A stretch of DNA of 64,000 nt from NCBI GenBank assembly GCA_903822075.1, contig CAIJNK010000021.1, forward strand, positions 13,112-77,111, read 5' to 3'. Below, piece after piece: positions 8,854-16,791 of the stretch. The DNA is from an uncultured bacterium (GTDB lineage Bacteria > Patescibacteriota > Minisyncoccia > Phycocordibacterales > GWA1-40-21). The notes under the pieces were generated by a model. The model saw only the letters and a list, made by a program, of their open reading frames with translations, was not told the origin of the DNA and searched no databases. Within the stretch, counting starts at the first letter, position 1. The number at the start of each line of letters is the position of its first letter. Position numbers and translations under genes: made by a program.

Positions 8854-9534
8854 TTATAGCACATACTTTCCATGCTTATCATCTCGGACGATCTTACCAT
8901 TTTGCATACTGATTACCCGCTTACCCAATGACTCCACTACCGTGCGGTTATGTGTCGTGATTATCACTGTGGTACCCAAGTCATTTATTTTTTTGAGAAT
9001 TTGGATAATTTCAAAGGTATTAGCCGGATCTAGATTACCGGTAGGTTCATCGGCAATAATCACATCCGGTTGATTCACAATGGCCCGGGCAATAGCCACC
9101 CGCTGCTTCTCTCCGCCAGAAAGTTCATTAGGAAAACTATATATCTTCTTACCAATGTCCACTAATTCCAAAACATGCGGAACGTCAGCTTCGATCTCCT
9201 CGTCTGTCCGGCCGGCGGCTTCCATCGCAAAAGCAATGTTTTCATATACAGTTTTGTTTGGAAGAAGTCGGAAGTCCTGAAAAACGGTACCGATCTTTCG
9301 GCGCAAAGCGGTGATTTCTTTGCCTTTTAATTTATGAACTTCTTTTGATTCATAAAAAATGGCACCCTTGCTGGGCTTTTCCTCGGCCAAAATCATCTTG
9401 ATCAAAGTAGTTTTACCGGCACCAGAATGCCCCACAATTGAAACAAACTCTTTGGGCTCGATGGTTAAAGTGACCTCATCAAGAGCCACGCAATCATCAG
9501 AGTATATTTTGGAAACTTTATCAAAATAAATCAT
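8854..9534 (-). CDS. ftsE: Cell division ATP-binding protein FtsE
   Basis: GHSGAGKTT, VFQDFRLL, LSGGEKQR, ADEPTGNLD. Start placed at MIYFDKV. Confidence 0.95.
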   Translation of the reverse strand: MIYFDKVSKIYSDDCVALDEVTLTIEPKEFVSIVGHSGAGKTTLIKMILAEEKPSKGAIFYESKEVHKLKGKEITALRRKIGTVFQDFRLLPNKTVYENIAFAMEAAGRTDEEIEADVPHVLELVDIGKKIYSFPNELSGGEKQRVAIARAIVNQPDVIIADEPTGNLDPANTFEIIQILKKINDLGTTVIITTHNRTVVESLGKRVISMQNGKIVRDDKHGKYVL

Positions 9535-9544
9535 TTCCCTGACA

Positions 9545-10408
9545 TTATACCAGAAATCTTTCAATGTCACCATCCAGCACTTCATCCACCTTGGCGGTTT
9601 CCACTTCGGTGCGGTGATCCTTGACCATTTTATAAGGGTGTAATACATAAGAGCGGATTTGATTCCCCCACTCAATGGAAGTGGTTTTGGTCACGGACAA
9701 GCCTTTTTCCTTGGCCGCCTTTTCTTCCTCCCTTTTGGCAAATAACTTACCGGTTAAAATCTGCAGGGCTTTTTCTTTATTTTGCGGCTGGGAGCGCTCC
9801 GAAGTAGAGCGGACGGATATACCCGAAGGTAAATGAACAATCCGCACCGCTGTTTCTCTTTTGTTCACGTTTTGTCCGCCCGGACCGCCAGCTTTGGAAA
9901 TTTCAATCCTTAAATCACTTTCGGGGATGGAAAGCTCGGCGGATTTCTCAAATTTTGGCACAAATTCCACCAGGGAAAAAGAAGTTTGACGCAAGCTCTT
10001 GGCATTAAAAGGTGAGAGACGCACCAACCGATGAACGCCGGATTCGCTTTTCATTTTCCCGTAAACATTCTTACCAGACACTTCCAAAGTGATGTTTCGG
10101 TATCCCCCATGATCATTTTCATTTTCATCCAAGATCTTGTAGGACCAGTTTTGTTTGGCAAAAAATTTACAATACATTTGCAAAAGCATTTTGGAAAAAT
10201 CCTCCGCATCATCTCCGCCTGCCCCAGACAAGATGGTCAGAATCGCATCACCACTGTCATACTTTCCCACGCCGGCGATTTCCGCTTTTAATTCACTAAT
10301 TTCTTTTATAACAGCCTGGGCCCGATTTTTGTCAGCCCAAAAATCGGGCTTCATCATCTGCGCCTCCAAGTCCTCAAGTTTTTTAGTTTTATCCTGATTG
10401 TCAGCCAT
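9545..10408 (-). CDS. prfB: Peptide chain release factor 2, shortened
   Basis: SPF motif (VRLSPF), GGQ motif, WGNQIRSYVLHPY. Confidence 0.93.
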   Translation of the reverse strand: MADNQDKTKKLEDLEAQMMKPDFWADKNRAQAVIKEISELKAEIAGVGKYDSGDAILTILSGAGGDDAEDFSKMLLQMYCKFFAKQNWSYKILDENENDHGGYRNITLEVSGKNVYGKMKSESGVHRLVRLSPFNAKSLRQTSFSLVEFVPKFEKSAELSIPESDLRIEISKAGGPGGQNVNKRETAVRIVHLPSGISVRSTSERSQPQNKEKALQILTGKLFAKREEEKAAKEKGLSVTKTTSIEWGNQIRSYVLHPYKMVKDHRTEVETAKVDEVLDGDIERFLV

Positions 10409-10412
10409 CCGG

Positions 10413-10485
10413 AGCCAAAGGTGAGGATTGAACTCACGACCCCCGCTTTACGAAAGCGGTGCTCTACCAACTGAGCTACTTTGGC
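10413..10485 (-). tRNA. tRNA-Thr(CGT)
   Basis: Acceptor gccaaag/ctttggc, anticodon loop ttCGTaa. Confidence 0.94.
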
Positions 10486-10490
10486 TTATT

Positions 10491-10629
10491 CAAGACCGGT
10501 ATTAGCCCTCACCTCAAAACTCGCCGTCGCTCGTTTTGGGCTGGGCACCGGCTCGCGGTTTTGATTGCTATCAAAACATCACTCCGCCGTTCAAACCCCG
10601 GACGCAAGCAAAACCATTTGCTTGCTTCT
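10491..10629 (-). repeat. Multi-hairpin element in the tRNA-Thr spacer
   Basis: Stems gcaagcaaa/tttgcttgc, gttttga/tcaaaac, and nested ccggt-gccc-caaaac. A 13-nt segment is complementary to the tRNA T-arm. Confidence 0.65.
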
Positions 10630-10705
10630 TGGAGCCAAGACCGGGGTTTGAACCCGGGACCTCGTCATTACCAATGACGTGCTCTACCAGCTGAGCTATC
10701 TTGGC
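10630..10705 (-). tRNA. tRNA-Thr(GGT), CCA encoded
   Basis: Acceptor gccaaga/tcttggc, anticodon loop ttGGTaa, ends TCCA. Confidence 0.95.
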
Positions 10706-10751
10706 TTATTAAATAAGCGCCATATAAAGATACCCTATTTCTTATTTTTTT

Positions 10752-11417
10752 TCAATCATTAAGCCCTGAAATCAACTTGTGGCCATAAAAGACAATTCTG
10801 TCTTTTATAAATAATTTTTCCAAAATATGGAATATGGTATAAGTAATAAAGAAGGCGCCCAGGACATCTATTGAATAATGCATATGTCCCAACAACACCA
10901 CAACAGCAAAAAAGACCGAGAAAGAAAGGAAAATGAACCGGAAGATTGGTTCCTTCCACCAGATCAAAGCCAAGAGAAAAGGGAGACCAGTATGACCGGA
11001 AAAGAATAAATCGCTGCCAAAGGATATCCGACTCACAATACTTTCAGGATCAATTGCAATCTGGGTTGGAAAAGGGGCAATGTGGGTCAAGGTTATAAAA
11101 ACAGACCGGATGAGATAAAATACGGCAATCCCCTTCAAAGTAAAAGGGATTTTTTTGGGATCCATAAAACAGGCCAGAATAATAAGAAAAAACATCACTA
11201 AAGTTCCATAAATAAACAAACTAGAAATGTTATAGGTTGGAATGTTACTCAAAACAAGATCCGTTACCGAGCTGCTGGCTTTCTCATTGGCATAATAACT
11301 GGCAAAATAATTAACAAAAAGACTGGCCCCTAAAAAGACCGTTGATGCCAAAAAAGACAAAACAAAACCCTTATCAGAGAAATATTCTTTTATTTTTTTT
11401 CGATAATTATCTTTCAT
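10752..11417 (-). CDS. PAP2-superfamily / sphingomyelin-synthase-like membrane enzyme
   Basis: DLFFSGHT and HMHYSIDV motifs, about 6 TM helices. Start could be 11417 or 11450. Confidence 0.8.
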   Translation of the reverse strand: MKDNYRKKIKEYFSDKGFVLSFLASTVFLGASLFVNYFASYYANEKASSSVTDLVLSNIPTYNISSLFIYGTLVMFFLIILACFMDPKKIPFTLKGIAVFYLIRSVFITLTHIAPFPTQIAIDPESIVSRISFGSDLFFSGHTGLPFLLALIWWKEPIFRFIFLSFSVFFAVVVLLGHMHYSIDVLGAFFITYTIFHILEKLFIKDRIVFYGHKLISGLND

Positions 11418-11452
11418 AATCCAGTGACTCCCGAATATTAACATGCCCATGC

Positions 11453-11485
11453 AAAAATCCCAAACACAAATGTGCTGGGATTTTC
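11453..11485 (-). terminator. Intrinsic terminator
   Basis: aaaatccca/tgggatttt stem after the small ORF. Confidence 0.55.
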
Positions 11486-11506
11486 GTCGGATTCCAAAGG
11501 TCAGAC

Positions 11507-11677
11507 CTAAGGAGAAACCGGCAGAGTGTTCACTAGAACCTGACCCTTATCAAGCAGTGAACTTGCCAAGTGAAAGAACTGGAGGAGGATATGCTCAAAT
11601 GCCTGAAAGATGTCTGGCATAAGAGACCTAAGGATCAAAATGGTAAGCCCCAGTCCCAAAGCTCCTAAAATTCTCAT
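11507..11677 (-). CDS. Small (56 aa) membrane protein missing from the ORF track
   Basis: MRILGALGLGLTILILRSLMPDIFQAFEHILLQFFHLASSLLDKGQVLVNTLPVSP*, followed by a terminator. Confidence 0.6.
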   Translation of the reverse strand: MRILGALGLGLTILILRSLMPDIFQAFEHILLQFFHLASSLLDKGQVLVNTLPVSP

Positions 11678-11904
11678 AATTTTAAAAGAAGGGGGCTTTT
11701 AAGGCGTCCGACAACGCCTTGGGCAACCAATGACCCAAATCCCCTCCCCATAGAAATTTCAATCACTTAAAATCTCCGAGGGGAGGGTCTCCTGACTCAG
11801 TTTTTCAAATAGCTTTTTTGCTCTCAAAACCTACCCAAAATATAGCATATATTTGACCATATTACAACTAGACACATAGCCATTATTACAGTCTAATTTC
11901 TTTG

Positions 11905-11976
11905 CGCGGGCGATGGGTGCTGACCCCACGGCCTCTCCCGTGACAGGGGAGTGCTCTACCGTTGAGCTACGCCCGC
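11905..11976 (-). tRNA. tRNA-Asp(GTC)
   Basis: Acceptor gcgggcg/cgcccgc, anticodon arm ctccc-ctGTCac-gggag, atypical T loop gtcagca. Confidence 0.88.
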
Positions 11977-12048
11977 GTTTTTTCAAATCTCTCAAAAAAG
12001 AGATTGCTACTATTATACATAAAATAACCCTTTAGACAAATCTATTTG

Positions 12049-12119
12049 TGCCGATGAATGGAATTGAACCATTTTTTGAGGCTTATGAGTCCCCCGTTCT
12101 ACCATTGAACTACATCGGC
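12049..12119 (-). tRNA. tRNA with CAT anticodon, probably elongator Met
   Basis: Acceptor gccgatg/catcggc, loop ctCATaa. Ile2 is less likely because a tRNA-Ile(TAT) is present. Confidence 0.8.
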
Positions 12120-12195
12120 AAATATTAATCGTCAAAACAGCTTGCTTAATATAGCATTTTAAGCCCAAAAATCAATAGAAACACGACCTTAATTG

Positions 12196-12266
12196 TTGCG
12201 GGGGCCCGATTTGCACGGGCGTCTCAAGGTTATGAGCCTCGCGAATTACTGTTACTCTACCCCGCT
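12196..12266 (-). tRNA. Initiator tRNA-fMet(CAT)
   Basis: Unpaired 1:72 (A/A), gcgggg/ccccgc acceptor, anticodon arm cgagg-ctCATaa-ccttg. Confidence 0.85.
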
Positions 12267-12309
12267 AACGACTATAATACATCATTATGGTAAAAACGCA
12301 ACTTCCCTT

Positions 12310-12354
12310 TCCCCGCCTTTTCTAAGGAGGGGTGGCGTTCTGACGCCGGGGTGG
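12310..12354. repeat. REP-like GC-rich palindromic unit
   Basis: cccc-g-cctt/aagg-a-gggg stem followed by ggcg(t)/(a)cgcc and ggggtgg, at the 3' end of a gene. Confidence 0.5.
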
Positions 12355-12990
12355 TCAGATAAATTCAAACTCTCTGAATACCGCCTCGTAAAGGCCGATT
12401 ACTCTTTTGGCCTCTCGCTCATTGATCAGAAAGTCCGATCCTTCGTGGGCAATTTGATTTCTGATTTTATGAGCTTCCCAGGCGGCTTCAATATTAGTAA
12501 AATCAGATGGCTCTATAGATTTTAGTTTCTCACTGATGCTTTCCTGCAAATAGCCCATCTTCTCCAAAATATCCGCCAGCATAATATCACACTCCAGTAT
12601 AGCCAACTTCCAATCACTGGAGTTGGCGGAATTAATATGAGTCAAAACTTTTTGCCACTTTTCATTCACTACCGGTGCCATAGTTTTACTTTCCCTCACC
12701 ATTTTTTGCTCTGGCAAAACGAGTGCCTCGTGCATCTGCCGACGAATCCGCATCAAGTTGTTGGCTGACCAAACAATCACAAAAATCAAAAGAAGTGATA
12801 AAATAAAGGAAAAGGAAAAGAGCCGAAGCATAACTGTCACAGCATAATCCGGTAAAAGAAGCCAGAAATTATGCCAAGTGTCTGCCCAATTCTGCCCCGC
12901 AGTATTAGTATAGGCGGCCTTTATCAAAGCCGTAATTAATGAGACTAAATCATAGGAATGAAGAGCGTCTAGTGGTTGTGCTGGTTGCAT
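12355..12990 (-). CDS. Hypothetical membrane-anchored protein
   Basis: One TM helix, then WKLAILECD...AWEAHKIRNQIAH (RxxxxH, HEPN-like). Confidence 0.75.
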   Translation of the reverse strand: MQPAQPLDALHSYDLVSLITALIKAAYTNTAGQNWADTWHNFWLLLPDYAVTVMLRLFSFSFILSLLLIFVIVWSANNLMRIRRQMHEALVLPEQKMVRESKTMAPVVNEKWQKVLTHINSANSSDWKLAILECDIMLADILEKMGYLQESISEKLKSIEPSDFTNIEAAWEAHKIRNQIAHEGSDFLINEREAKRVIGLYEAVFREFEFI

Positions 12991-13022
12991 ATCTAATAGT
13001 GATATTAATAACTACCAGCGTA

Positions 13023-14447
13023 TTATAACATATTTTCTATTTTCTTTGCCATCTCAAATAGTATTTTCTCATTGCCTGGCTTGGCCAGAAGCTGAAGCCC
13101 GAGTGGGAGTTTTTTACCATCTACTTCTTTATAACCAGAAGGGACCGACAAGGCAGGTAGACCAGCCAAGTTTGCTGGAACGGTAAATATGTCCTCCAGA
13201 TAAAGCTGCAACGGATCATTTATTTTCTCCCCTATTTTGAAGGCGGCATCGGGCGTCGTCGGCATAATTATGATATCCACTTCTTCAAAAGCCTTCCGAT
13301 AATCTTCCCGAATCAAATCTCTGACAATATTGGCCTTGTTATAATAAGCATCATAATAACCCGAAGATAATATATAAGTACCTAGAATAATGCGTCTCTT
13401 TACTTCCGCCCCAAAACCCGCCTGTCTGGATTTAAAATAGTCCTCTACCCCAGTTTGTCCATCAACATGAAGACCGTAACGAACACCGTCAAATCTAGTT
13501 AAATTGGAAGATTCTTCTGCAAAAACTAAGGTGTAATATGTGGCGAGAGAATATTTAAGATAAGGAAAATCAATTTCCGTTACTTCACAACCCAGACCTT
13601 TGATATTTTCTATCGCTTTATTAAAACTATCTATTACTTCCTTTTTTACACCCTTACTGGTAACAAAACCTTGAGGAATGGCAATCTTAGGTTTTGGATT
13701 TTGACTTTTAACCTCAAACCGCGTCACACTTGTGCTGTCCATCTCATCTTTTCCGACGATTACTTCAAAAACCACTTGTACATCATCAGCGGTTTTACCA
13801 ATAGCACCTATTTGATCAAATGAAGAAGCTGCGGCCATGAGTCCGTAGCGGGAAACTGCTCCATAACCCGGCTTAAGACCGACAACACCACAAAAACTTG
13901 ATGGCTGTCTGATTGACCCACCAGTGTCCGAGCCAAGAGCCACCAAAGCCATGTCAGCAGCCACAGCCGCTGCCGAACCACCCGAAGTTCCACCGGCCAC
14001 CCTCTCTAAATCATGCGGGTTATGGGTAACGCCAAAAGCCGAATTCTCTGTAGATCCGCCCATCGCAAACTCATCCATGTTGGTTCGACCCAGAAAAACC
14101 GCTCCAGCTTCCTTTAATTTCTTAATAACCGTGGCATCGTAAGTGGCGTGGTAATTTTCTAATATTTTTGAAGCGGAACTGGCAATACGGCCTTTAATCA
14201 AAATATTATCTTTCACCGCGACTGGTATACCGGTCAATAAAGTCACATTTTCTTTTCTAGCCACTCTGTCATCTGCCGCTTTTGCCTGTTCTAAAACGTC
14301 AGAAAAGATTTCCAGATAGGCGTGTATTTCTCCATCTTTCTTTTTGATATTTTCCAAATAGGCATTAGTTAAATCAACACAAGTATACTCCCCTTTCAAC
14401 AGAGCTTCATGAGCTTTTTTAATTGTCAGATCTTTTAGATTAATCAT
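13023..14447 (-). CDS. gatA: Glu/Asp-tRNA amidotransferase subunit A
   Basis: Amidase signature GGTSGGSAAAV, SDTGGSIRQP; follows gatC. Confidence 0.97.
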   Translation of the reverse strand: MINLKDLTIKKAHEALLKGEYTCVDLTNAYLENIKKKDGEIHAYLEIFSDVLEQAKAADDRVARKENVTLLTGIPVAVKDNILIKGRIASSASKILENYHATYDATVIKKLKEAGAVFLGRTNMDEFAMGGSTENSAFGVTHNPHDLERVAGGTSGGSAAAVAADMALVALGSDTGGSIRQPSSFCGVVGLKPGYGAVSRYGLMAAASSFDQIGAIGKTADDVQVVFEVIVGKDEMDSTSVTRFEVKSQNPKPKIAIPQGFVTSKGVKKEVIDSFNKAIENIKGLGCEVTEIDFPYLKYSLATYYTLVFAEESSNLTRFDGVRYGLHVDGQTGVEDYFKSRQAGFGAEVKRRIILGTYILSSGYYDAYYNKANIVRDLIREDYRKAFEEVDIIIMPTTPDAAFKIGEKINDPLQLYLEDIFTVPANLAGLPALSVPSGYKEVDGKKLPLGLQLLAKPGNEKILFEMAKKIENML

Positions 14448-14725
14448 AATATTTTCTTTACCTTCAAATAATCCCTCTCTTTTCTTGGGAACTCATCTGT
14501 AACAACCTTAGTATTCAAACCGGGCTTATTTTTTACTTCATCAACCCTGAGCACATTTCTTAACTCACCGGCTTTCCTTTCCTCTCCAGTGGTAGTCGTT
14601 ACTTCCTTTATTTGATCCACGTAGCTTAAAATAGCACTTATATCCTTTAAATAAGCCTGTTTCTCTGCCTCGGTTAATTCAATCCTGGCCAATTGTGCCA
14701 ACTTTTCGACATCTTTTATTTCCAT
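14444..14725 (-). CDS. gatC: Amidotransferase subunit C
   Basis: DVEKLAQLARIEL...ILSYVDQI...NVLRVD...VKKIL. Confidence 0.93.
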   Translation of the reverse strand: MEIKDVEKLAQLARIELTEAEKQAYLKDISAILSYVDQIKEVTTTTGEERKAGELRNVLRVDEVKNKPGLNTKVVTDEFPRKERDYLKVKKIL

Positions 14726-14748
14726 ACCGAAAAGGATAACATAAATTC

Positions 14749-16755
14749 CTAAGAAATTAAACCCAGAAACTTTTTTTCATCCAGAATCTCTACCCCTATT
14801 TTTTTGGCTTTTTCGAGCTTTGATCCGGCGTTTTCACCGGCAACCAAATAGTTTGTTTTAACCGATACTGATTCAGAGACATCACCACCAAGGGCACGGA
14901 TTTTATCCTTAGCCTCATCACGTGACATTTTAGATAGTGTGCCGGTAATTACAAAAGTCTTGCTTGAAAACTTTTTACCATCACCCTGAGTAGAGACGGG
15001 AGATTTTTGTATCTCGACTTGTTTTAGCAGACTGTTTAATGTTTTCACATTATTCTTGTCGGTAAACCAATCTACCAGAGCTTGGGCGACGATCGGACCG
15101 ATTCCATCCAACACCTGTAATTCATCAAAGTTTGCGACCTGTAATTTTTCTATTGTTCCAAAATATTTAGCCAGATCGATAGCTGTTTCTTCACCAACTT
15201 GAGGAATGGACAATCCAACCAAAAATTTTGCTAAATTGATTTGCGTGGCCTTTTCCACCGAAACAAGTAAGTTATCGACGGATTTTTCAGCAAACCGTGG
15301 CAGGGCAAGCAAATCCCCACGTTTCAAAGTAAAAATGTCAGCAAAATCTGAAATCAGATTGTTATCCAACAGAACATCAATTATCTTTGGCCCGCAACCA
15401 TCCATATCAAAAGCTTTCTTGGAAACAAAATGATAAAACCTTCGGCGCTTCTGGGCAAAGGAGTCTTTACCGACGCAACGCCAAGCTGCCTGACCGGGTA
15501 CCCGCTCGATTCTCCCATCCCCTCCGCAATCCGGAACAATAGTTGGAAATTTATAAGGTTTTTCTTTTCCAGTTCTCAGATCTGTTAAAACTTGTACAAT
15601 ATCTGGGATCACATCCCCTGCTTTCTGCAAGATCACAGTATCTCCCACTCGTATATCCAATCTTTTTATCTCGTCCTCGTTATGTAAAGTAGCTCGAGAA
15701 ACTACTGAGCCGGCGACTCGTACCGGTGTGAGGTGAGCTACGGGTGTCAGTACACCGGTCCGCCCCACCTGAAGCACAATATCCTCCACCATGGTTGTTA
15801 CTTGTTCCGCCGGGAATTTATAGGCTACGCCCCAACGTGGTGTTTTACCGGTATAACCTAAAGTTTCTTGGATTTTTCGGGAATTGATCTTTATAACAAT
15901 TCCGTCAAGCCCGTACTCCAATTTGTCCTTTTTTCTTGTCCATTCTTCGTAAAATTTTTGCACCCCGTCCAAATCAGCAAAAACCTTAAAAAAAGGATTG
16001 GTTTTAAAACCTAGTTTCTTTAATAATTTAAGCTCCTCACTTTGTGTGTTCGGCATTTCCAGCCCATCCAGCTTATCGATATCATAAACAAAAGTGTCCA
16101 GGTTTCTTTTGGCCGTCACTTTGGGATCTAGCTGCCTGATGGACCCGGCGCCGGCATTTCTGGTATTTGCAAAGATTGGCTCACCAGTTTTTTTTCGTTC
16201 TTCATTTATCCTTTCTAATTCTTTCTTATTCATCCAGGCTTCCCCCACCACCACCGCACCCACTTTTTCTTGCAAGAAAAAAGGAATCGATTTTATAGTC
16301 TTTAGATTTTCTGTTACACTCTCTCCCACCTGGCCGTCCCCGCGCGTCGCCCCTTGTACAAATTCCCCGTTCATATAAGTCAGGATAACTTTCAAACCAT
16401 CTATTTTTAATTCGCAACAGAACTCCAGTTTTTCATTTTTTAGGCTTTGTTCTTTTTCCATCATACGCCTGATTTTCTCCTCCCACTTTTTTAACTCTTC
16501 AAAATCAAAGACGTCATCAAAAGACCACTGACGGATTTCGTGCTTTACTTTTTTAAACTCCTTCAAAGGCACACCGCCTATCCTTTGTGATGGACTCAAC
16601 GGAGAAATGAGCTCGGGGTGCTTAACCTCGATCTCCAGTAGTTCTCGCATCAGGGAATCATAGGCCTCATCCGTAATCTCCGGTTTATCCAACACATGGT
16701 AGAGATATTGATGGTGCTCTATGGCCTGTATCAATTTTTCATAACGCTCTTTCAT
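14749..16755 (-). CDS. ligA: NAD-dependent DNA ligase
   Basis: ELKIDG, TRGDG, AYKFPAE, VGRTG, C-terminal BRCT. Confidence 0.98.
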   Translation of the reverse strand: MKERYEKLIQAIEHHQYLYHVLDKPEITDEAYDSLMRELLEIEVKHPELISPLSPSQRIGGVPLKEFKKVKHEIRQWSFDDVFDFEELKKWEEKIRRMMEKEQSLKNEKLEFCCELKIDGLKVILTYMNGEFVQGATRGDGQVGESVTENLKTIKSIPFFLQEKVGAVVVGEAWMNKKELERINEERKKTGEPIFANTRNAGAGSIRQLDPKVTAKRNLDTFVYDIDKLDGLEMPNTQSEELKLLKKLGFKTNPFFKVFADLDGVQKFYEEWTRKKDKLEYGLDGIVIKINSRKIQETLGYTGKTPRWGVAYKFPAEQVTTMVEDIVLQVGRTGVLTPVAHLTPVRVAGSVVSRATLHNEDEIKRLDIRVGDTVILQKAGDVIPDIVQVLTDLRTGKEKPYKFPTIVPDCGGDGRIERVPGQAAWRCVGKDSFAQKRRRFYHFVSKKAFDMDGCGPKIIDVLLDNNLISDFADIFTLKRGDLLALPRFAEKSVDNLLVSVEKATQINLAKFLVGLSIPQVGEETAIDLAKYFGTIEKLQVANFDELQVLDGIGPIVAQALVDWFTDKNNVKTLNSLLKQVEIQKSPVSTQGDGKKFSSKTFVITGTLSKMSRDEAKDKIRALGGDVSESVSVKTNYLVAGENAGSKLEKAKKIGVEILDEKKFLGLIS

Positions 16756-16791
16756 TTTTTATCTTGCAACTCAATCAGTGTGTGATTCAAT

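Noticed and set aside
10409-10490. Upstream prfB segment with programmed +1 frameshift
   Set aside because: The space is occupied by tRNA-Thr, and no CTT-TGA slippery site with an internal SD is present.
10459-10677. ORFs overlapping tRNA genes (also 12193-12525, 53925-54179)
   Set aside because: They are translations of tRNA sequence.
11783-11800. gagtcaggagaccc on the minus strand resembles the cobalamin riboswitch B12 box
   Set aside because: The upstream riboswitch core is absent and there is too little room after the putative promoter.
12049-12119. Assignment as tRNA-Ile2(CAT)
   Set aside because: A tRNA-Ile(TAT) and an initiator are present, so elongator Met is more parsimonious; not fully excluded.
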